DNA from: Acinetobacter phage At2
Sequence record: PQ656108.1
Reading direction: 5' to 3' (one strand)
DNA: 64,000 bases
Below the pieces are notes generated by a model. The model worked only from the letters and a program-made list of their open reading frames with translations. It was not told where the DNA came from and made no database searches. The position numbers and the translations under genes are program-made. This document shows positions 37,203 through 47,700 of the stretch, piece after piece; position 1 is the first letter of the stretch; each line of letters starts with the position of its first letter.

Positions 37203-37764
37203 AATTGTAGGGTTAGATCCTTCACTACGTAACTGGGGCATTGCTATAGGCAGTGCTCCTTTAGATACAGGTATCCTGTCTATTACAGACCTACGTACGA
37301 TACACACTACCCCACAACCTAAAGGGGGAAATGTAAGAGCATCTACGTGGGATATTCAATCAGCCTTTACATTATTTGAAGGTGTGTATGAAGCCATTAA
37401 AGATGCAGACATTGTCTGTGTTGAGGTACCACCTGGAAGCCAAGATGCAAAGGCTGCATTAGGACGGGGTATCTGTCTAGGGATCCTTGGTTCCCTATTT
37501 AGTAATAAACTGATCTTTGTAACTCCCCAATCCGTGAAGAAGATTATTGGCGATAAGGCAGCAACTAAAGCTGAGTCAGTAGCACTAGCTACCAAAAGGC
37601 ATCCAGAAGCTCCTTGGCCTACTCACAGAGGTTCAGTATCTATCACTAAAGCAGAGCACTGTGCAGATGCAGTACATGCAATCTATGCAGCAGCTCAAAC
37701 CAAGGAATTCAACCAATTAATTCAGGAATACAAACATGCAAATCAAGTTCAAGAAACAAATTGA
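37186..37764 (+). CDS. RuvC-like Holliday junction resolvase
   Basis: N-terminal IVGLDPSLRNWGIAIG (RuvC motif I) and acidic VEVP motif. Confidence 0.55.
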   Translation: MMTNLKIVGLDPSLRNWGIAIGSAPLDTGILSITDLRTIHTTPQPKGGNVRASTWDIQSAFTLFEGVYEAIKDADIVCVEVPPGSQDAKAALGRGICLGILGSLFSNKLIFVTPQSVKKIIGDKAATKAESVALATKRHPEAPWPTHRGSVSITKAEHCADAVHAIYAAAQTKEFNQLIQEYKHANQVQETN

Positions 37765-38197
37765 TATTGAGCTAGACCGTAATGACTTACTTGAAGCTGT
37801 ACGTGATTTACTTGCCAAACATGGTCAAGTAATTAGCAACCAAGAGCTTGAAGAAGTTAAGTTCATTAATTCACCTCAAACAGGTATTCGTGCAACTCTG
37901 AAAGTTACTGAAGAGTCTATAAACGAAGACAAACCTCAAGTAGAAATCTCCACTGCTGGTGCTACAGTATCTGCTGTAGAACTAGAACCAGTAAAAGCGG
38001 AAGAAACAGTATTTGAGCCTGAGCCTCAAGAAGCTCCAGGTGAAGTAGCTACCTCTACTGTAGAAGATGTTGCTCCTGCAGATGCTGCTGTAGACGAAGT
38101 AATTGAACGTGCTTTCACTCCTGCTCCTGAAACAGAAGAAGAAGATGAAGCTGTTCCTGCAGATGCTGCAGAAGTTAAAAAGTCATTGTTCCACTAA
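37736..38197 (+). CDS. highly acidic protein (153 aa)
   Basis: C-terminal Asp/Glu/Ala/Pro-rich tail. Confidence 0.45.
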   Translation: MQIKFKKQIDIELDRNDLLEAVRDLLAKHGQVISNQELEEVKFINSPQTGIRATLKVTEESINEDKPQVEISTAGATVSAVELEPVKAEETVFEPEPQEAPGEVATSTVEDVAPADAAVDEVIERAFTPAPETEEEDEAVPADAAEVKKSLFH

Positions 38198-38379
38198 TGA
38201 AGATCGCAACCTACCTCATGCTTGGGGTAGTTGCTATTTTTATAATATTCGTAGTTGTTAGTGTTGTTATAGCAGCAGTACAAATATTAATTTTAGTGTT
38301 AGCTGTTTATGCAGCTATGTTTATTATATGGAAAGTAGCTACGTACTTTAGAAGTAGATCCAACAAGCCTCCTTCTTAG
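38197..38379 (+). CDS. small two-TM protein with charged C-terminus (holin-like, 60 aa)
   Basis: Two hydrophobic helices then RSRSNKPPS tail; terminator follows. Confidence 0.4.
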   Translation: MKIATYLMLGVVAIFIIFVVVSVVIAAVQILILVLAVYAAMFIIWKVATYFRSRSNKPPS

Positions 38380-38392
38380 GAGGCTATTTTTT
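38367..38392 (+). terminator. terminator (gcctcc-ttctta-ggaggc then TTTTTT)
   Basis: Seen directly. Confidence 0.6.
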
Positions 38393-38409
38393 GTAATAAG
38401 GAAATCATT

Positions 38410-38667
38410 ATGCAATCTCGTGGTCGAGAATACCGTATCCGTCAAAAGCAACGTAAACGTGCTGAACAAGCTAAACGAGCAAAAGAAAACGGGTGGAATA
38501 CTTCACCTAAAGCTATTGGTATTATGACTAATACCCCAACACCTTGTTCTGCTGAATGCTGTGGTAATGTCCGTAAACACTGTGGAAACAGTAAACACGG
38601 TAAAACCCAACAAGAGCTACAAAGCATTGAATATATGAAAGCTGAACTCAACCCCGAACCTGTATAA
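38410..38667 (+). CDS. small basic Cys-rich protein (85 aa)
   Basis: AAGGAAA RBS; CSAECCGNVRKHCGNSKHGK cluster. Confidence 0.45.
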   Translation: MQSRGREYRIRQKQRKRAEQAKRAKENGWNTSPKAIGIMTNTPTPCSAECCGNVRKHCGNSKHGKTQQELQSIEYMKAELNPEPV

Positions 38668-38672
38668 AACAA

Positions 38673-38701
38673 ATACCCCTCTTAATTGAGGGGTATTTTT
38701 T
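38673..38701. terminator. bidirectional terminator (acccctc-ttaatt-gaggggt then TTTTTT) between convergent blocks
   Basis: Seen directly. Confidence 0.65.
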
Positions 38702-38702
38702 A

Positions 38703-41700
38703 TTAGAACATACCAGTCATCATCTTGATTGGTAATGGCTCATCCAATGCACTTGGTAAGCCTAAAGCTCCACCACGCATAGGGTTACCCATGTTAAACC
38801 AAATCAAAGGATCAATACCAGCTTCTAAGTTAGTGAAGCTATTAATGAACACTGCTTGGGCCATAGCTGTAGCAGGACGCTTCTTAAGCAACTGGAACAA
38901 TGCTTTCTGAATACGGATATTATATTTAGTAAACATAACAATACCCATATCGTTTAAGTACTGTAAGCCACGTGCTGTAGGTACGTCATAGTTCACAAAG
39001 TTATCAGAAGCAATCTGAATAGCATCTTCATGACTAAGCTTCTCTTTAGCCTTCTGAGTGTAGTACTTGTACATTACATACTTAGAACTAAAGTCAGAGA
39101 ACTGGGTAGCGTTATTCAAGAACTTATACAAAGGAGTATCTGGAGATACAAATGCCCACTTAGCTGCAGTCTTAACAGATTTAGGTACACCACTTGTTAA
39201 GTTATCTACCTTCTCCTGTAACCTGCTCTTATAAGAATAATGATCTGTAGATGGATCAACATCCTCAACAATAGTAGGCATCATACCTTCTTCAATAAAC
39301 CCTGCTAATGGGTTACGGCTAATAGAGTGCTCAAGAGCTAATGCCTCTTGTTCTAGCTTATTAAAGTCACCTACACCTGCACGTTGGTTCTGACGAATAG
39401 CCATTAAACGTGCCATAGACTTACGATAAGCTAAACCAGAACGAATAGCTAACATACTGTCCTTAACAATATCAGTAGGACTTACACCATGAGCCATCAA
39501 TAACATTGCGTTAGACATTGTATTTGCAAGCATGGTTTTAACGTTACGAATAACAATAATGTCCTTCATAAGGGATACACCTTCCTGCCAAGCCCTCTCA
39601 AACCTTACCCCTTTCAACTTAGCGTTGTTACCAAATAACTCTACCATCGTACCTGTATAAATCTTCTCAAACATAGACTTAGCTTCATCCATCTTATCGA
39701 AGGCTTGGTTAAGCGAGTACTTACGATATCCAAACATAGTAAGTAAAACATCGTTACGTACTAGCATTCCATCTTTACCCCAAACACTTGTAATGTGTTG
39801 ACGTGTATCTTCTGGCAATAATGCCCAGATCTCACGTAAACCATAATCAGTAGAGTTAGGGCCTACAGTTACATACGCACGAGGATTACTTGCAAAGTTA
39901 GCCTTGTAGTCTTCGTACGCAGCATCTACAACATCATTGTTCTGATGCGGTACAGTAACCTTGTTAAAGTTGGTTGCAGCGTATGCACCTAGTAACTCAG
40001 CAAAGTCATTATTACGTTCAAGCAACGTATCACGGTTCTTACCAGACATTTCATAACTGAAACCAATCACCTTACCTTGAGTATCGTAGTTAGGTACCAT
40101 GTAGACATTCTTGTCTGACATAGGGTTATAGTTCTTATCTGTAGGAACTGCACGACTTACTTTATTGATAGTTGCAGCTAACTCCTTACCTTCCATAAAT
40201 ACCTGAGTACCTTTACGGTTAGTAGATACGACCTCAATAGCACCAGATACTAAACGCTGAATGTTAGCTTCTTCTGTCATGAATAAGCGGTTAGTGTTTG
40301 TACGTGGATCAGTTAAGTCTTTACCCAACACACGCACTTCTTTGTAGTACTGTTGCTTCAAGATCTGTGCTTCTGCATCACTACCTGCAATACGAATATC
40401 ACGGTTAGGGTTAGTAATTTCAGGCATATAACCTTTAGTTACTGATACAGAGTTATCAGCAAACAGAGTATCTTTAGCTACCTTAGCAAGCTCTTTATGG
40501 AACTTAATAGATGTATCAATACCATTGGTTTTGTTCTTTAACTCACGGTTGAATACACGAATTAATAAATTCTTAGTAGCGTTGTCTGTGTAGTTAATTG
40601 CATACAATGAAGCTAACTTATCTGCTAATGCAATACGTGGATCATTCTCAGGCACCAATTCATTATTGAAACCAGAAACAACAAGACGAGCATTCTTAGC
40701 TAACCCAGGGGAAGCCTTACCTGTGATCATATATTTAGCCAACTGCTTAGCACGGTTAGCAATTACTTGATCATTTAATACAGATTCAATAGAGGCAATC
40801 TCTTTATTATTGAATGACTTGTCAGCATACAACTTAGCAATCTCTTTAGTAGAGTATTGATCTGTTAATGCACCTAAGTCAGCACGTAACATAGTAGTGA
40901 TTGCTGTCTTGTCATCTTTAGTTAAGTATTGACCATTTTCTTCAAACGTAGACATCACGTTCTTAGAAGTAGTATCACGCAGGTTCTCTTTAGTCTGGTT
41001 ATTCAACTTAGTAATACGAAGCATACGCTCAACTGCATTCTTAGTACCATCATTGTTAGCAGCTTCATTAATGATCTCACCAAATAATCCTAACTTTTGG
41101 TTAGGGTTATCCATAGTAGCCATCTCTTTAACTACATCCAGAGTAGTCCACAAATCACCTTTAGCAGATAAACGTGTTACGTTTGAAGCAAGACGTACAG
41201 CAGTAAAACGAGACTTAGCTAATGCATCTTTTTCAGCAAGACTTACCAACCTATCACGTACTTTCTGAGATACACCATCAGTATAGTCAGTAAGCTTTTC
41301 CATCTGAGCCTCTAACTTACTTACAGCAAACTCACGGTTCTTAGCATCAATACGAGCAAGCTCTTTAGACAATAACTCTAGCTTAGAGTTTACTGCTTGG
41401 CCCTTACGAGAGTTAGTCATCAAACCAAACACAAAATCTAACACCTTATTTACAGCTTCAACAATTCGCTCATAGTTAGTGTCTGGTTTAGTATCCACAC
41501 CCGATACAGCAAAGCCTAATAAACTATTTAATTGTTGAGAGCCTAAAGCCATAGCAGTAAAACGAGCTAATGGTTCAGGGTTATCACGACCTAATTTAAA
41601 TAGGAAGTCATACATATCCTGAGCAGCTTGTTTATCATCAATATCTGCAGTAGCCCAGTCACCTTCATGAAAGCTTTCTGGCTTAAGTTTTGCTTTAGCA

Positions 41701-44700
41701 GAACGATATGCCTTGTCCATCTCTGCATACACTTGAGTCATAGTCTTATCACGCATACCTGCAACTAAAGCAGTATATAAAGATTCAACTGCAAAAGACT
41801 CTTGATCAGTCATACGGAAACCTGCAGTAACAGCAGTCTCAGTAGTCATAGCATTACCTTGGTTGATGTAATCATCCCAAGCTTGTTCAGGAGACCAGTT
41901 ACCATCTTTAGTTAAGAAGGTATCATCTAAACCACGATAAATAGTGTCAGATACTGTACGCATTAACTCAGACAACCTAGCTTTAAAAGCAGGATCTAAA
42001 TTAGAGTTTAATGCTTCAAACACTTGCTGAGATGAGTAAGTATCTACTGTATCCCTTGCTTGTTGAGGTGCACCAAAGATAGTTGCTGTAGGCGTAGTAT
42101 TAGCATCAGTACGTCCTAATAACTCCGTAGTATCAATGATTAGTGCTTCTAGTGCTGTTGCATCTTTAGCTGAATACTTACGTCCTGTGAAGCTCTCAAG
42201 CACACCTAGGATGTTCTCTACGAATGAACGTAAAGCTGTGATGATACGATCTTTACCACGTGCTGCTTTAGGAGCCATAGTACGATCTAAGTAATCAACA
42301 AACTCAGGGTATGAGAAACCAGTAGCAATAAACTCTTCTACGTTCTTTACACCATACTTAATTACATCACTGGCATTAGGATCAGCTTCCACCTGAGATT
42401 TGATGTGTTCATACAAGGCATCAATCTTATCTAGTGATTCCTTCGCCTTAGCGTGCGTTTTAGGATCCTTACGTACTTGGGCAATAGAATCTACCGTGAT
42501 AGCGTGAACAAGCTCATGCACGAGCATCTGTGCACGAATAGGACTATCGCTACGTAATATGTTGATCTGAGGGTTACCATCTTTGCCAGTAGTAAACCAA
42601 GCAGGATTATTATTATCCATAGCTTCTTTCACACCATTAGCATTCTCAGGAGCATCAAGATCAGAGAAGTAATTCACTTCTAAACCTTCAGGCATACGCT
42701 CAGTGATAAGATCAAGCATGGCATCATAGAACTGAGAGAACTTACCTTTGTTACCTTCTGAGTTATGGAACTGCTTAAGTTCAGCTTGAAGCATTGGAAC
42801 TAGGTCTGAACCTTTCATAGTACCGTCTTGGTCTAAGTAATCTTGAATAGTTGTTGGCTCAGGTTTTGAACTCAACACTTCGTAGATAGCATTAGCTTGT
42901 GCCATGTCCTTCTTGTAGTCTTTACGTAATTTATCTACAGCATCAACAATCTGTTTACGCTTAGCATTAGTCATTACGAAGTGACCACCTTCTGTACCGT
43001 ATTGGTTCACGTTTACCCAAGACTTCATATTATCTAATTTAGCAAGATCACGTTCATAAGCACGTTTAACCATTCCAGGTAAGATACCTAACTCTTCTAC
43101 AGCAGTATCAATAGCTTGTTTATTTGCTTTGTAGAATGTCTTATCGTCAATCAACTTTTGTAATGGGTTCATTAAAGCACGTACAAACTCACGGTTAACA
43201 TGAGTAGTCATTAAACCATCTACAAAGGCTTCATTCTGGATCTTAGCCATCTCTTTACCTTGACCTACCTGTGAAGCGTTAGCATCATGATAGTTCTGTA
43301 CTGGCATAGCACCTAGAGCACTGTGAGCAATGAAGGCATCAATAGATTGAATGATTAAAGCTAAACCAGATACACCAGGATCTTTAACTACATCACGTTT
43401 AGCGTACGCACGTACAGAGAATCCCTTACCTTGTTTAGAGTCCCAAGTACCTACAAAGTTAAACTGTTGTTCAGACATCTTAGTACCATCCCATGCAGTA
43501 TCTAACTTCATGAGTGGGATAGAAGATTGCTTACTGTTAGTAGAGTTATTACCCATACCTGAAACTACAGAAGGGGTATAACGAGCAATAGACTTAAGTA
43601 CTTTCTTTTCTTGCTGTGAAGATAAACCTTCTTGGCGATTACCTTTAGCATCAGTAATAACGTCAGTAGTGTCTTTCATAGCTTCTTCTAAAGCAGCTTT
43701 ACGAATTAACTCATATACCTTAAACCCTGCAACTGCTTGTGCAGTCAAAGTATCACGTACCTCTTGGAAGTCTTTCATAGCAGTCTCAAGAGTGTTCTTA
43801 ATAGCTTTACCATGTTGAATAGCAGACACATCTAATAAGGCTTTCTCTTGCTCTGCAGTAAGCATGAATTCCATGATATTACCTTGTGGTACCACTCTAG
43901 GTACTGAACCAAGGAATGAGTTGTGGTAATCAATTACAGCATTAACAGCATCAACTAAGTTCTGAGCAGCAGCCATATCATTAGTTTTACCTGCCTTCTC
44001 TAAACCAGTATAGAAAGCATTAAGTACTTCACGACCATTGGCACGAATAATAGAAGCATTACCAGCACCATAGTTTGAAGTAGTAGTAATTGGCTTAGCA
44101 CCTTTACGTTTACCAAATGCAGGGTAGATAACACCTAGTGCATTAGCAGAAGCCAAGGCTTTAGGCTTGATATTAGGATCAGCTTTATATTCAGCCCACA
44201 TCTGTTGCATGACTCCACCAAGCTGTTCATAGATATCTTCTTTACCTTGCTCTTTGTTAGTAGGTACGTTGGTTTTAGCCTTATTGGTAAATACACCACC
44301 TGCCTCTAACATATCAGCATCAGCAGTACCTAAAGCCACGTTAGTAATAACTGGCCCGTTAGTTACACCATCAGATTCAAATGCAATATCAGTAGTGAAT
44401 GTACGAGCACCATCACGCTCAGCAATGTAGTGTTGAGCTAATGCTTGTAATGCACGTACAGACATTGGCCCCATACCAAACTCTTTAACTACACGTTCGA
44501 TGTTAGCGATATCTTCTTTAGTACTCTTGGTTTCAATAATTGAAGCCATAGATTCAATACCTGCTTGTACGTAGTCACGTTGCAAGTATTCTTGGAACTT
44601 AGGTAAGAAAGATGCAGATGACATTTTATCTACTGTCTGGATACCTAATACATCAGATGCACCTTCTGCAGACATTGCTACAGCTTGTAAGAACTCACCA

Positions 44701-47700
44701 TATTTAGTGGTAGTACCATCAGCATTATGAGTAGGTTCACCTACACCAACTTCTGTGATATGCGCAGACATACCCGCTACAGCACGATGAACTTTGTTAG
44801 CCTGTAAGTTAAATGCAGCATCATAACCGCTACGTTGGTTAGTCCAAATAGTGTGTTCAAAGAAGAACTCTTTAGAGTCATCTCCCAAGTTAGCACGCTG
44901 TTCAGCAATCAAATCAAGACTACGCTCTAACGCTTGGTTAGCTGCTTCTTGACCTTCCCAGAACCTTTTGTGCATACCATCAAATGAACCATCTTCATTC
45001 TGTTTAACGTAACCAAACAGTGTTTTAAGATCATCACGAGAAACCTTGTCCATAAATTGCATAGCAGTAGCAGACATCTTGTAGCCATTCTTTTGAGACT
45101 TCTCATATACATCTTTAGCAAAGCTAGGAATAGCAGAACCCATACGGTTAAACGTATTAGGAGTACTGGTTACTGGCTCAGTAGAAGGTAGTTTGTTATA
45201 GCTAGGCATATCAAATAGTTTAGATACGATACCGCTAGAACCTTTACTTGATTTAATGATTTGCTCTACACGTTTGTTAGGCTGTACACCATCATCAGTC
45301 TTAGGACGAATAAATGAGATTGTAGACTTATCAGCTACAGCAGAGTCTTCATTTACAGAGTCTTCATTAGTTGCCATCAAGTCATCACGGGCAGCATCAA
45401 ATTCAGCACGAGGCATTTCAGTACGCTCAATATAACCATTCTGGTTTAGAGCTACTAAAGCCAAGGTACCAACTGCCATTTCTAGTTTAGCCTTACGTGC
45501 AGGATCCACATCAGATACTGTTTTAAGTCCTAATGCTGCAACTGCCTTTTGACCAATACTAGCTGCCACTGCAGATTGGTGTTCACCCACTGTACGGAAC
45601 TTAGAGTAGATATCTTGAGGAATATCTTCCACGTTTGAAACCAATAACAATGAAGCTACTTCACGTTCTGTATTAAGGGTCTTAGATCCATTTTCACCTA
45701 ACCAAGTAAACATAGCAGCAGAGATAGCTGTCTTAGTGTTCTCTGGTAATTGACCATCTTCTAATAAGAATTGGTTAAAGTCTTGGTAGCGGAAGTCAGC
45801 ATAGTCATTACCTTTAGCTGTAGTACCTTTACGCTCACGAATTAAACCATCCAACTTAGATGACATAAAGTTAGAGAACTTAACAAAGTCATTTACTGTC
45901 TTGCTTTGAGTGTCAGTGATATATAAACCAGTAATCTCAGATACAGCAGTTTTATTATCACTACGGTTTAAAGTAGTAGTAATGAAGTTAGCTGTCTTAT
46001 TTAAGATGGTGTCTTTCTTATTGAAACCATCTACAACTAAGTTACGTTTGTTAGGTGCCTTAGCTCTTTCAGCAGTACGTGCAGCATTCTTATCAGCAGT
46101 CTCAGCAGAGTTAATATCTTGAGGTTCAGCTTCTTGCTTAGTCTCTTGTACTACTGTCTCATTAGGTTGAGTATCTGTACTTACATCTTGGTTTGCTGTG
46201 ATTGCTTTGTCTGTGCTTGTCTGAACTTCCGTTGCTACGTCTTCGCTTACGCTACGACTTGCAACACGTTCAGCCTGCGCTACTTCACCTTCAACACTTC
46301 GCTGTTCGGTATTAGTTGTGGTTGGGGTTCCTTCTTGGGCAGGTTGTACTTCTGCCTGTGTTGTTCCCGTTCCAGGTGTAGCTGTTGTAGTGCCAGGTCG
46401 TGTTTGAGTATTGCGTGGATCTTCGACTCTTCTTGCGCTTTGGAAGTCATAATTGTCTCTCGCTTCTTGATTAAAAGAATCCATAGCATCATCAAAACTC
46501 ATAGGAGCAGTTGGAGCTACAGATGGTTGTGAAGTTGGTTCTTGTAACTTAGACATCTCAAGCATAGCATTTTGAGTAGCAGTAATAGCTTGAGCTTCTG
46601 CTTGCATATACTCATTCATTTTAGTTACAGCTTCAATCTGTTTAGGTGAGCGAATAGTAATAGCACCATTCTCACGAGCAGCAGAACGAGATAACCAATC
46701 TCCTGTATTGATTTCCCATGTACCTGCTTCGGTACGTACTACTTGTGTTGGTTGACCAGACATAGCTAATTGTAGGCCTTGTGCAACTACCTCTGCTTTC
46801 TGTACATGTGATTGTTGGAATGCACCAATCTCACGTAACAAATTAGACTGTTGTACAGCATTACCAGTTTTAACAGCACGAGAGTATTGCTCTAAGTATT
46901 GAGGAGTAGAGCGATAGTTAGCATCAAACTTTTTACCTACTACTTGTTGGTTTACAGCATCAATATCTTTAACAGCATTCTGAGCAGCCACAGCTTCACT
47001 TAAAGCACGTAAAGCTACCTTAGATGCTTCAGATATCTGAGGATCATTGATAGCAGCATTAATCTGTTCAGGGGTATATGAAGTTGGTGCACCGAAGATC
47101 TTCTGTTCAGTGGTTTGACTTGAAGGAGTACCACCAAGAATACCTGAGTATTTCTCATGCATAGTACGTGCTTCATCTACTAGAGTAGTGGCATGAGTAA
47201 TAGCATCATCTAATGCTTTCTCTTTACCTACGTACTGTTCTACGCTTGCATACTGTTCTTTTAAACCATCAACAATAGATGTGATCTGTTCAGCTTTAGC
47301 AGGATCAGTTTCAGCAAATCGAGCAATAGCAGCTTCACCATTGGCAATATTATTACGTAGTACATCAATACCTTTAAGGGTATCCCTTGCAGACTCTAAA
47401 CCAGATAAATGAGTTTCAGCATCCATCATTACGGTATCTACACGCTCACGTACAGCAGCAATTTCTTCTGGAGAAGACTGTGGAGTAACAGCTTTAGCTT
47501 CACGGATGATTGCAGCAGTAGGGTTGTAATCTGGAGAAGTAGGGTTAGCTAGATCAGCAGTATCGGTATCAGAAAGCTCTGGAGCATTCTCAACCATACG
47601 CTCACGTATACGCTCTTGTTGACGTACAGCAGCATTAGTAATGGCAGATAACGCAGCATCAGCTAGTGATGATTTAGCATTGATCCCTGCACCCATTCCT

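Noticed and set aside
41053-46532. Several 60-137-aa ORFs on the plus strand inside the vRNAP gene (41053, 43351, 45910, 46119 and others)
   Set aside because: They are antisense to a 10-kb gene with clear polymerase motifs and are frame artefacts.
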